This document shows positions 51,913 to 64,000 of a stretch of DNA of 64,000 bases, one piece after another; the stretch's first letter is position 1, and each line of letters starts with the position of its first letter. The notes below the pieces were generated by a model, which was not told the DNA's origin, made no database searches, and was given only the letters and a program-made list of their open reading frames with translations. The translations under genes and the position numbers were made by a program. The stretch covers positions 124,868,001 to 124,932,000 of the forward strand of contig NC_042997.1 of NCBI RefSeq assembly GCF_006345805.1. The letters are read 5' to 3'. This DNA is from Octopus sinensis (Eukaryota).

Positions 51913-53110
51913 GGCATCCCATAAGTTTTGTCCGATTTTACCTTTTTTAAAATTGAATGAAATTTAATAGTATTCTAAAGTGTCTAATGGAATTTAAAAT
52001 TATTTTTATGTATTTGTGTACATTTAAACTAATTAAATATTATTTTACAGAATAATAGCATTAAAATGTCTTTCATTAAAACCCTTTCTAACATGGAAGT
52101 ATCCAAAGAGCATTTAAGGCACATAATGCTTTATGAGTACAAACAAGGAAACTCTGCAGCCAAAGCGACTCAAAACATACACTCAGTTTATGGGAAAGAA
52201 TGCTTGAATGAAAGAAATTGCAGAAGACCATTTTCAAAATTCAGAAGTGGAGATTTCAGCCTTGAAGATGAAGATCGAACAGGACGTCCAGTTGAGTTTG
52301 ATGATAAGCTCTTTGAGGAGGCATTACTTGAAGAAAATCCTGCATTATCAGTTGAAGAATTGGCAATAAATCTTACTTCAAACCATACAACTGTTCATCG
52401 TCATCTTCAACAACTTGGAAAGGTTCCATTTATGGGTGACTCGTGAATAGTCCGAAAGCAATTGTAAATCCCGCTTTGACATCAACTCTTCTCTCCATTC
52501 TCGCGAACTCATTTCACCCTTTTTGGATAGACTTGTGACTGGTGGCGAAAAATGGATCTTCTATCGAAATGTTAAACGTTGTAAACAGTGGCTTGGTAAA
52601 AGGGAATAAGCTCAACCACAAGCGAGAAGGGAACTTCATGGAAAAAGGTTCTTCTCTCTATCTGGTGGGATTGCAAAGGAGTAATTCACTTTGAATAGTT
52701 ACCATCCAATGCAATCAGTACTCAAGTCTTCTGTCGGCAATTAGAACGTTTGAACCAAGCTTTGAAGAAAAAAAGACCCGCTTTATTGAATCGAAAGGGA
52801 GTGATGTTTCATCAGGACAATGCGTGACCCCACACTGCAAATATCACATCACAGAAGATCGAAGAGCTTGGTTGGGAAAAAAATCCTCATCCACCTTATT
52901 CTCCCGATCTTGCTCCTTCAGACTACCATTTGTTTCGTAATTTATAGAATCATTTGGGGGACATAACTTTCGCAAGCCGGAGGAGGTCCAAACTGACATT
53001 TCAGAGTTCTTCGCTTTGAAACGAAAAGAATTTTACATTGATGGGATTAAAAAACTTGTAAATAGAGGGAAGGAAGCCATAGATAATCAGGGAAAGCACA
53101 TTGATAATCA
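51907..53110 (+). mobile_element. Degenerate mariner transposon (right TIR not seen)
   Basis: MEVSKEHLRHIMLYEY...FRSGDFSLEDEDRTGRP, LVTGGEKWIFY, HQDNA*PH and HPPYSPDLAPSDYHLFR. Starts immediately after (TA)n. Confidence 0.9.
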
Positions 53111-53577
53111 AATATCAATTAAATACAACATTTTATCACTTGTTTTCTTTATTCAAAATTTGCACATATATGCGTGTGTGTGTATGTATGAATGTGTATG
53201 TGTGTGTATGTATGAATGTATGTATATGTATATATATATATATATATATATACAAACATACATATATGTACACGCAAACACATATTTATAATATATATAT
53301 ATGTATATACATACACACACACACAGTGGGGAAATGACTTTTGTTATTCCATTAATTGTTTGTATCGGTAATTTTCAGTGATATCCTGTGATATTTCCTA
53401 TATTCTAGACGAGCAACACGTCGGAATTCAAAGTCTTCGGAACTTAAACGCACCGATACACCACCTTCAGTTTACTTCCTGATAGGAGGATTTCATTTCT
53501 ATATTTCCTTTGCCATTTTTTCCCGGACATCATTTCCAAGTTTTGTTTTGACTCGTTTCTATCTCTCACTCACTCTC

Positions 53578-53641
<64 letters not shown>

Positions 53642-54536
53642 GTGCACACACAAATAGACACGTACACAGAGGCAAAATTAGCGCACCAAACTTGAGTGTC
53701 GTGCGGCGAGGAAGATCCAAAGTAATTGTTTTTATTCAGTGAACTTAATGAGCGATAGCAACTTTTACTCGGCCGTCCCTCTTTAATTTCACTCCCGTCA
53801 ACTCTTCCCGGAAGAGTGACCACAACAAACACACTGGATTCCCCATTCACCATTTCCAGTTCACTGTACGCTCTCACCTTATGAGTAACGTGGCTTAGGT
53901 GTGTTTTCCCATCTTTATACAAAATCTATAGAATTGCGCCGCTCTCACGTTTGCTCACCATACACTTACGACAAGGGCCAATTGCTATGCACTACACGAA
54001 CAACAACACTAACCTTGAAAGTATTAGAGAGTAGCAAATCTCTACTGCACAAAATTCTCCACAAAAATAATCGATTAATGATAGAATCAATAATTATAGC
54101 ACAAAACAACGCTAAAGTGAATACACTCCTCGCCGTAGCAAAACACTCACTGATAACCTGTAAATATAACAGTCTTAAATTTTGGCTTGGTAAAGTCTAT
54201 CTCATTCATATTGGTTCGTCTTAGAGCGATAGAGGCCAACTATTCTTTATCTTGATGATGATACAAGATAGACTAGACACATTGATAATTTTACGAAAAA
54301 ACAGAAGAAAAGGGCAATGAAGTCAGACGAAGATATATGAAAATGCTTAATATGGAAGAGAGAATTATATTACATACTAAAATATATAAATGGCCAAAAG
54401 AAGTAGAACCATCATATGGTTCTCTCTCACTCTCTCTCTGTATCTCTCTCTCTCTTCATATATATATATATATATTACAGTTCTATACTGAGGAATTATG
54501 TACAATATTTTCGTTATTTACAATTGACAGATATTT

Positions 54537-54806
54537 GTGCTCATCTTGGCGTAGTGGTTAAGAGCGCGAGCTACCGGCTCCAAGATTCCTAGTTCGATTC
54601 CATGTAGTGACCTAAATAATAATAATAACAACAACAATAATAATAATAATAATAATAATAACATCGAAAAATACCTTAGGAAGGAGAACCCAGTTCAAAG
54701 TTTCGACAAGACACCTGATGAAGGCTGGAGGGTATATCAGCCGAAAAGTTGTGTTAACAACGAACAAGATGAGGACAAATATCCATCATTTATAAATAAT
54801 GTAAAT
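54537..54806 (+). mobile_element. Composite element: tRNA-like head + (TAA)n + hammerhead-containing tail
   Basis: A box TGGCGTAGTGG (54547-54557), B box GTTCGATTCC (54592-54601), (TAA)n, and a tail shared with 39149-39295. Confidence 0.75.
54710..54755 (+). ncRNA. Minimal type I hammerhead ribozyme motif (one core-adjacent substitution)
   Basis: GACAC-CTGATGA-A-GGCTG-[10 nt]-CAGCC-GAAA-A-GTT-GTGTT. Helix I 5 bp and helix II 5 bp. Position 15.2 is A here and C in the 39.2-kb copy. Confidence 0.65.
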
Positions 54807-54839
<33 letters not shown>

Positions 54840-55304
54840 GTATATACATATATATATATATGAACATCTAAGGACCAGCTCACTGTGCACAATATTTTAT
54901 ATTCATTTGATATTTATTTTATTCACGAGGCTGCTTCCCTCGTTCCAATTAACTATTATTAGTAAAATAGAGTTTATTGCAAATAACTACAGTTATGATT
55001 TCACAATATTAAATATTATTTGGTTTAGCACTCAGCTCTTTCACTTTACTATTAAATATTTATGCAGCAGGCGAAACTGGATACTTGCAGGTCATTCATT
55101 TAATTAATCATAGCATTCAATTTTCATTTACTAGAATCCAATATCTTGGTTAAACATTCTTATGTCTGAGAGTAATACTTAAACAATTCTGTACTTCTGA
55201 AATCTAATAAAACCACATGTCAGAATAACTTATCAGGTTACTGCCGTGCTGACAGAGATCAGATTTACTCTCCGACGCATTGTATATTTAATTAATTCTA
55301 ATTA

Positions 55305-55365
<61 letters not shown>

Positions 55366-55438
55366 TATATATATGTATATATGTATATATAGCTCTGTCT
55401 CTATTTATATATATATGTATATACATAGATATACATAA

Positions 55439-55516
<78 letters not shown>

Positions 55517-55518
55517 GT

Positions 55519-55608
<90 letters not shown>

Positions 55609-55631
55609 TATATATATATATATATAGTATA

Positions 55632-55662
<31 letters not shown>

Positions 55663-55670
55663 GTATGCAT
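55305..55670. repeat. (TA)n field
   Basis: Direct reading. Confidence 0.92.
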
Positions 55671-56120
55671 GTATCCATGTTTTTCACCCTGCATATACTC
55701 CTACATTACATATATAATCATATGACTATTAAGCAGATTTTTATTGTTTCCGATATATTTACACATATGTACGCATATATTGGCATATAAATAGCATACA
55801 TATTCATATAAACATATATGCACATAAGTACATATATACATATGGAAACGTACTTTGTGTATGTATTTATGTTTATGTATATTTCCCCATATCGCATGAC
55901 TTAACTTTACTAAATCACACATCATAAAGTTATATTTACGTTAACATAGATGCATATATCCATCCCTGATTTTCTCTTGTTTTACCATCTTTTGTATTCT
56001 ATATTTATACAAATATTTTCATATACATTTTCATTACTAACCACGCCCACTTATGCATAAATGTACGTTGGGAATTTGTTAGAAATCTTCACATTTTCCT
56101 CTTTCGTTCTGCATGTATAT

Positions 56121-56415
56121 ATCACCGTCACCACCATGACCGACCAGGCTATCAGATGTTGCTACACATCGCTAGTCTCAATGCGCTTCGCATTATTTTA
56201 GCCTTCAAATGACAGCCAGCCCATTAGAAGAAAGGGTGAGAGAAAGTTATGGCGAAAGAGTACAGCAGGGACTGCCACCGCCCCTGCCAGAGTCGCGTGG
56301 AACTTTTAGGTGTTTTCGCTAAATAAACACTCACAACGCCCGGTCTGGGAATCGAAACTGCGATCCTACGACCGTGAGTCCGCTGCCCTATCCACTGGGC
56401 CATTGCACCTCCACA
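56121..56415 (-). mobile_element. Family D SINE with alternative tail
   Basis: Head as at 14514. Tail homologous to 8210-8320 (+). Confidence 0.82.
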
Positions 56416-56420
56416 GCATG

Positions 56421-56486
<66 letters not shown>

Positions 56487-57013
56487 TGTGTGTGCGTGTG
56501 TATGTGTAGAAATATATATATATGCATACATCTATGCATATATGCATATATAGACATATATGTATGTGTGTGTGCGTGTGTGTGTGTATGCATGCGTGCA
56601 TGTATATATGTATGGATGTATGTATTATGTATGTACATATGTATATATTCTGAAGTAAACGTACATAGTTAAATAAACCGGAACTGAATTTGTGTGCAAG
56701 ATATGGAGCATCTACCTGAACGACAACCTGGAAGACGTCAACCGGAAGTCCTTACTATGGCATACATTTGTTGTTTTCTTGAACTAGAATCCTGACGAGA
56801 AATCTCCAGCATAGAATGATTTCCTCCGGATACGGAATATTCAGTCACTAGATTCGTAAACTGTTTGGAAGCAATACACAGAATGCATACAGACGCACAC
56901 ACAACATGCACACACATACACACATACGCACTCATACACATTTATGCGCAGCAACACGTATACATATTTATATATGTTTATGTACGTATATATGTGCATT
57001 TATATATATGTAC

Positions 57014-57073
<60 letters not shown>

Positions 57074-57168
57074 GGATAGATAGATAGATAGATAGAGATA
57101 GATAGATAGATAGATATGTATATTTGTGTGTATGTGCGTGTGTATGTGTGTGTGTTGTGTGTGTGTGT

Positions 57169-57214
<46 letters not shown>

Positions 57215-57228
57215 GACATATATATTGC

Positions 57229-57953
57229 ATGGAAAAATGCGAGCAATAGAAATAATATTCTTAATATTATAAAGCTGGAAAATTACAGGACAAGTTGTTA
57301 CACCTGGAAAAGTTCAGGACAACTTATAATATCTGGTAAAGTACAGAAAAAGAAATTTTTACTTAAAATATTGCAGCTAAGGTTAAAATTTCGAATAAAA
57401 TATTTAGATTTAGAAATTATTTGCTTTTATTAAAATTAGAAATTTTATTATAAGTTAATTCTATTTGATATTTGTTGTTCTATTAGAAATAAAAAATAAC
57501 TCAAAATATTTTATGCACTTTCAAAAAATTCATTTTTTAAATTATTAATTAATAATTAGAGGTTATTCCGAAGTTTTCACATTTTTACTATTGACCCAAT
57601 GTCTCTTTTTTTACAAAATTAATTTGTCTACCATATATACTGTTCTTTTGCATAAAACTTCGCTATATTGATACTTTTGACTCTTCTTTGTTATGTATTC
57701 TAGTGTGTCAACATTTAAACAAAGTGATTGTACCTTCTTTTTAATTATAATGTTACTTCGTAAATCGAAATCAAATAATTTTAAATATTCAAAATTTATC
57801 CTTAGCTGCAATATTTTAAGCGAAAATTTTCTTGTACCCTACGTCACTAGATGTAATAAGTTATTCTGAACTTTTCCGAGTGTAATAACTTGTCCTGTAA
57901 CTTTCCGGATTTATAATCTTATGCATATTATTTCTCTTGCTCGCATTATCCAT
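57229..57953. mobile_element. Non-autonomous element with about 190-bp imperfect TIRs
   Basis: 57229-57425 is the diverged reverse complement of 57770-57953. No TSD identified. Confidence 0.65.
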
Positions 57954-58691
57954 CTAATTCATGTTTTTCCAAGCTGTGCTTTTATGATAATTAATAATGT
58001 TTCACATGTGTCAATTACCGGTGTCGTTGATAATTTTTCCTTACCTACTTGCGAGTGAGTACTAAGCATATTCCCCTTATAGAAACATATTCATAAAAAA
58101 GTACAGAACGATATTATCACACTCAAATTTGAGTAATAACCACTCAACTTTTTCTGTTAAAACTTCATTGCAGGATATTGATACAATGAAATTCCTCGAA
58201 TTGGGCTTTATCATTTAAGCTTAATTAAAATACAGTTTGCTTTGAAAATATAAAAGCTAATTATACTTAAATTCAATTTTTTGCCTTACGTATATTTCTT
58301 AATAATATTTTACCTCACAACTTTTTATACAAATTTTTGTTGCATGGAATGATAACCATAAAATTCTTCATGCTTTCTTTTATCATTGAAGCTAAGAATA
58401 ATATGTTTCATTTTTAAATTTAAAAAAAAGTTATTGAGATCAAAACTTGATTAGTGGCGTTACTCACACACCTAAATCGTCATTACATGTTTTGATGTAA
58501 ACGTTTTCTACTAAATCAAATTTCAAACTTTTTTATGCTAAAATGTGGCTGCAGATCAGTCTTCTTCAAAACTGACAACGGTTTTTAATTTGGTTAAGAA
58601 CTAAATAAGCGACAAGCTCTGAAATATGCTGCGTGTGAGTGAATTACGGCCTTAAGAATATAATATTATACATATAGTACCGTAGTTGAAT

Positions 58692-58721
<30 letters not shown>

Positions 58722-58723
<2 letters not shown>

Positions 58724-58783
58724 TTCTGACATTTCTGTGCATATTCTTCTTTTTATTTTCTAGGTATATATATATATTATATA

Positions 58784-58814
<31 letters not shown>

Positions 58815-58853
58815 CCTAGAAAATAAAAAGAAGAATATGCACAGAAATGTCAG

Positions 58854-58857
<4 letters not shown>
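58722..58857. repeat. Perfect 45-bp inverted duplication centred on (TA)n
   Basis: ATTTCTGACA...CTAGGTA (58722-58766) mirrored at 58813-58857. Confidence 0.9.
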
Positions 58858-58894
<37 letters not shown>

Positions 58895-59339
58895 CATATA
58901 TAATTGAATAAGTTGGAATCGATAAGATATCTTAAAATATAGGTTGTACGTGCAACATCTATAGATGGATGAGCTTTATACTGTACTACGTTCTTAACAG
59001 AATATAACATAACAGCTACAGCTACCGATACCTAAATATTATCCAAGCCTAATAAAATGATCTATGGAGAAAAACAACCGACATCCCGATATCAATGTAT
59101 ATAATCTCCATAAACCATAAATCTACAAACACGTTCCACTTCACTAGAATGAAAGACATTTCAGAATAACGGAACTATGACATAAAAACTTCAAACAAAA
59201 GCATTACAAATATGTACGCCCGTCATCAGCTACCAAATGGATATCAATATTGTTTCGTCAATGTCCTCTGGCTTCAGAAGGTGAAGGTCAAGATATTTCT
59301 ATGCCTGCTCCCAAGTACATGGGTACATTAAGCAAATAT

Positions 59340-59776
59340 TCTTTCCTTTTCTACTCTAGGATCAAGGCTCGAACCTTTTTGAGAGGGGGCCAGTCGATTA
59401 GATCAACTCCAGTATGCAACTGGTATATAATTTATAGACCCTAAATGGATGAAAGGCAAAGGTGACCTTGGCAGAATTTGAACTCAGAACTTAAAGACAG
59501 ATGAAATACCGCTAAACACTTCTCCCGGCGTGCTAACGTTTCTTATTTCTTTATTGCCCACAAGGGGCTAAACACAGAGGGAACAAACAAGGACAGATAA
59601 ACGGATTAAGTCGATTACATCGACCCCAGTGCGTAACTGGTACTTATGGAATCGACCCCGAAAAGATGAAAGGCAAAGTCGACTTCGGCGGAATTTGAAC
59701 TCAAAACGTAACGGAAGACGAAATACCGCTAAGCATTTTGCCTGGCGTGCTAACGCTTCTGCTATCTCGCCGCCTT
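59340..59776 (-). mobile_element. Family A SINE dimer (tail i + tail iii)
   Basis: Minus-strand junction AAAGAAATA|AGAAACGTTAGC at 59544/59543. Confidence 0.85.
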
Positions 59777-60581
59777 ACGTAAAGCAAATATTGCAAGCAT
59801 TATGATTGCTAACAGATTTTACCTACTTGCGAGTGAGTACTAAGCATATTGACCCAGTTTGTATTAGTATTACTACGGCTGGTTTACCTTGTAATGTCTC
59901 TTCGGATAATGACTTGAAATTAACTTTTAGTCGTTGGTAGTTAAAATCGAAATAGCCATAAATCTTTTCGGCAAGTATAATTATGAACTATTATTAATAT
60001 CGTTATGTGTTCAATGATTCTAACAAATATTTCGTATGTGGAGGCGTGAAGAAATTAATTCTCTGTGTTTAAGTAACTATGTACAATCTAAATTTTAAGA
60101 TTCATAATTAAAAAAATTATAAATGATTGTGTGTATTCAGCAATTTATCTTAAAATTTCTATTAAATTGCTCTTGGTTTGCGAACATCCAGTGTTCTTTG
60201 GAAATCATTTCTAACAATATTTGATATGAATTTCTCATTGAGTATACATTCATTGAAACAATATCCGTTTCTGAGCAAATAAATTAGGAATGGATCGTAT
60301 ATCTGCTGTCGATATGTTAACATTTTTCACAATCGTTTTTCCCATTATCGACGGATTTTACCCTGTTGTCGGCGTTCATTTGTATAATTTAGCTTATATT
60401 GAGCAAATTGGTATTTAATATTATCCTATAATTTAGACTAGGATGGATATGATTTTCTTCAGAAATTGTGGAATAGCTTCTTCATCACACACACGCCAAC
60501 GCACACACGCATACGCACGCAGGCACATACAGTCGCACTCATATATGCGTATGAAGTATGTATGTATATATGTATATAAGT

Positions 60582-60813
60582 AAGGCGGCGAGCAGGCAGA
60601 AACGTTAGCACGCTGGGCGAAATGAGTAACCGTATTTCGTCTGCCGTTACGTTCTTAGTTCAAATTCCACCGAGGTCGACTTTGCCTTTCATCTTTTCGG
60701 GGTCGATAAATAAGTACCAGTTACGCACTGGTGTCAATATAATCGACTCAATCCGTCTGTCTGTCCTTGCTTGCCCTCTCAGTGTTTAGCCCCTTGTGGG
60801 CAGCAAAGAAATA
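60582..60813 (+). mobile_element. Family A SINE monomer (tail i)
   Basis: Full head to AAAGAAATA. Confidence 0.88.
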
Positions 60814-62405
60814 TGTATATCTATATACGTGTGTTTATTTGTGAGTGTATGTATACAGCAGCTCTCTTTAAAACAAATCTCCGATGTTTTTCGGTTTAAA
60901 TCATTTATATTTTGAATTTTCGTACGCGTCATTCAGTACATCAGAAACTTCTTGAATAATCTAACTTTATGCCATTGATCCACTTGAGATATTTCCATCT
61001 AGCTCACTTTGTAGAATTACATCAATTATACTAGATAGAAATTTTCATAATTTTTTCTCCTTAATAATCACCACCTACCTTGAATATGTATAAGTATTCT
61101 TTGCATTACTATCATAGCACATTCTCCTCAACTTGTCTATATTTTTGTAGATGCACCCCCATCGTCCCCTCTCACACATATACTCCGTGTGTGTATATTC
61201 AAGAACAGAATGATGAATGACCGAATAAATGGAATGAATATGCATGTTCATAATAACGGGTGTGATATTCCATTATCTGCTATTCCTTTAGGGTATGTAT
61301 ACATATATATTTCCTGCTGATGAAACGAAGCTCTTGGAAAATTGGCTTCTCTACTCAATGTAATGAGAAATCCACTTCAAGACACAATAAACGAGAATAC
61401 GGTGGATCTTGGAACTATTCCACGTCCAGAGGGTAGTTTAGGGTTTTGTATGAGTGGGGACTCCATGCAGAGATATATCTATATTCTCTGTTTCTATATA
61501 ATTAGAGTATATGTGGGTACATTTTGGGATTAAAGTTGATGGTAATTTGACAGATAAAACCGTGGAAGTGGATTTCAATTCTGGTATACACCGTCTTTTA
61601 GCATTTCATATGTTTTTAATATATTTTTGAATATATCGAATCCAGAAAGTTAGTCCAATCATTAGTTCGAGGAATATACGTACATTTATATGTACGTATA
61701 TGTTTATGTATGTGTATGTGTGTGCATGTATGTTTATATATATATTGAAAGAGAGACATATATGTGAGTGCATATAGTTGTAGGTACGTATCTGTATGTA
61801 GATGCATATATGCCTATATATGTGTTCATGTGTAGGAGCGCGCGTGTGTTTATATGTATGTATGTACATACAATATATGTATGTAAGAGAGTGTGTGTGC
61901 TTCTATCTGTGTGTTAGCAACAGTACCTGACCCTCATTGGATTCATTAAGAAGAAATATAAATAAAAGCACCGGATGTCACTTATATTCAGGATCAATTA
62001 CTCGCTCATAACCTGTAATTGGCCCAGGAATGTTGAATCACACGTGTTTTGTACATCATAATATGCGCAAAGATATCCCCAAAATAATATATGTTCTCAT
62101 ATTATAAAAATATATTCTGTAAAAACTGCAATTTTTGCTCAAAACACTTTACTATTTTGCGTAGTTACTCTAAATAAAATGTATTATTAAGCAGTAAATT
62201 TTCTGTATGACTATTGCAGTGTTTCACGTTACATAGACACGTGTTAGAAAGCGAAATTTCTGGAAGTCACATGGCGTATGATATTCAGCTCGAAATGTTG
62301 TATAATACAAAATTCCACCTACTTCCGTGCATGGATGTGACTTACTGCTTCGATACACGTGTATGTGTGTGTGCGTGAGAGTGTGTGTATGTGTGTGCGT
62401 GTGCG

Positions 62406-62487
<82 letters not shown>

Positions 62488-62790
62488 ACGGCGCATGGCC
62501 TAGTGGATATGGTGTTACAATCACGACCACCTGATCGTGATTTCAATTCCTAGACCGGATGGTGCGTTGTGTTGTTCGGCAAATCACTTCATCCCATGTT
62601 GCTCTGCGATCTCTTCGACACCTGATGCCTGGCACATCGTGCCGCGGTTCAGATAACGTCGATTTCACAGGGAGATCGAGCTGATGTGCGGCACGAACGC
62701 TTGATCAGCATAAACAAATCATTTGTGTAGGTCGTTCATCAAAAAAACTGCACGCACACACGGCGTATTCGACGTGACAGTCCATTATAT
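62488..62790 (+). mobile_element. tRNA-derived SINE (further family)
   Basis: A-box-like TGGCCTAGTGG, B-box-like ATTTCAATTCC and a CORE-like GTTGTG..C..GGCAAATCACTT segment. Confidence 0.6.
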
Positions 62791-62793
62791 ATG

Positions 62794-62885
<92 letters not shown>

Positions 62886-62954
62886 TGTACATATGTATGA
62901 TGTATGCATGTATGTATGTATGCATGTATGTGTCTATGTATGAATGTATATATG

Positions 62955-63170
62955 GATGTATGTATGTATATCGCCATGCTAGACCATTGAAATCTACAAG
63001 TTTTTTTCATTCTCTCTGTCTGTTTATTTTCTCTTATTCCTTTCTGTGGAAGAGCGTACGCTAGAAACGTAAAAGACCTTTACATTTTTCCTGAGCATCA
63101 AGCTATTAAACTTGCTTGTCGTTCATACACCTGCCTCCGTCATTTGTTTTTCTATAAATTTCAACTATAT
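62955..63170 (+). mobile_element. Penelope-like terminal fragment with a degenerate hammerhead
   Basis: CTTT-CTGTGGA-A-GAGC-GTAC-GCTA-GAAA-CGTA-AAAG at 63040-63075. Confidence 0.45.
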
Positions 63171-63677
63171 ATATATACACACATATAAATTTGCTCTTTT
63201 GCACCACATGGGCTCAACTCCCCTCCTCTCTTCGTCTGACACCTACTTCCTCCCTCCATTCCTTCACACCTCCTCTCTTCATTAATACCACTCACCCACT
63301 CACATTTGAACTGCCACTAAAAGTGGGGTTGTAGCACTCCCTCAATAAATGTCTATAAGTAGGTCACCATTGAGCGGAAAGATATATATTACAAAGCCAG
63401 AATGAACATGCAAAACACGTGGTATCATTGTAGGGCATGGATTTTATAACAGTGTTTTATAACTTTATTAATTACTGAACTTGTGCCAGAATTTAAGACA
63501 AATATTTGTGGTCGTCATGTAACCTGGTGTCCAGTTAGTGTAAGGAAGATAATCTATTCTACGTTACACTTGGCTGGATTAGAAATCTGAATTTCAAATC
63601 TAAGTATACACGGACATTTTTAATCCTCTTAAATATTTTCTTCTTTTCTGTTATTTATTTGTTTATTATTATTCATT

Positions 63678-64000
63678 TATTACCTCCGCTAAGGAAGGAG
63701 GTTATGTTTTCATTGCCGTTGGTTTGTCCGTCTGTCCATCTGTGTACAAATAACTCAAAACCTTTTGAACAGCATTTGATGAAACTTGCAGAAAAAGTTG
63801 GTAATGACACGAGAAAGAGATGGTGAAATTCTGGTAGTGATCCGGGAATGTTTCTGGATTCTTGACGGATTTTTCATTTGTTATACTTTACATAAAGCAT
63901 TACAATGTTAGTTCTTTGGCTATCTCCCTATTTCCACGTAACCTATGGTGGCGTTGCTGATTCCAAAGTTTATTTTCATTTCTCTATTAGTAATTTTACT
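63678..64000 (+). mobile_element. Helentron-associated (HINE/DINE-1-like) element, 5' part
   Basis: TTATTACCTCCGCTAAGGAAGGAGGTTATGTTTTC terminal hairpin, (GTCT/GTCC)n and a GATGAAACTTG core. Confidence 0.6.

Noticed and set aside
54537-54605. Functional tRNA gene
   Set aside because: A and B boxes are present but no convincing acceptor stem or cloverleaf, and it continues into repeat sequence, so it is treated as a SINE-type head.
59205-59290. Minus-strand GAAAC...CTGATGA suggesting a type II hammerhead
   Set aside because: A15.1-U16.1 and helix II cannot pair in register.
61318-61577. CTGATGA plus a 12-bp inverted repeat GAAATCCACTTC/GAAGTGGATTTC
   Set aside because: Helix I does not form and helix III would enclose about 190 nt. 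Probably a decayed repeat fragment.

Overview
AT-rich animal genomic DNA dominated by microsatellites and transposon relics. The SINE types and repeat load resemble an Octopus (coleoid cephalopod) genome, which is my inference and not a database result. I found no confident host-gene exon, intact autonomous element, rRNA or true tRNA gene or CRISPR array, so the window is probably intergenic or intronic. Most ORFs in the track are artefacts of (TA)n, (CA)n, (GATA)n, (TAA)n and (GGT/TAG)n arrays. The window holds five mariner relics (one full-length with three lesions), three or four R4/Dong-like LINE pieces beside (TAA)n, a Hero-like RT fragment, RTE, L1/Tx1 and CR1-group relics, several tRNA-derived SINE families, a hAT MITE and foldback elements. 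The most interesting signals are: (1) a tRNA-headed (Pol III) element whose tail carries a minimal type I hammerhead ribozyme, reconstructable from two copies; (2) a SINE that recurs as head-to-tail dimers and inserts at sites resembling its own interior; (3) a tandem array of LINE 3' tails with a conserved stem; (4) a 540-bp (ATT)n-flanked element joined to the Hero fragment; and (5) two strong non-microsatellite hairpins. Many coordinates for degenerate repeats are approximate.
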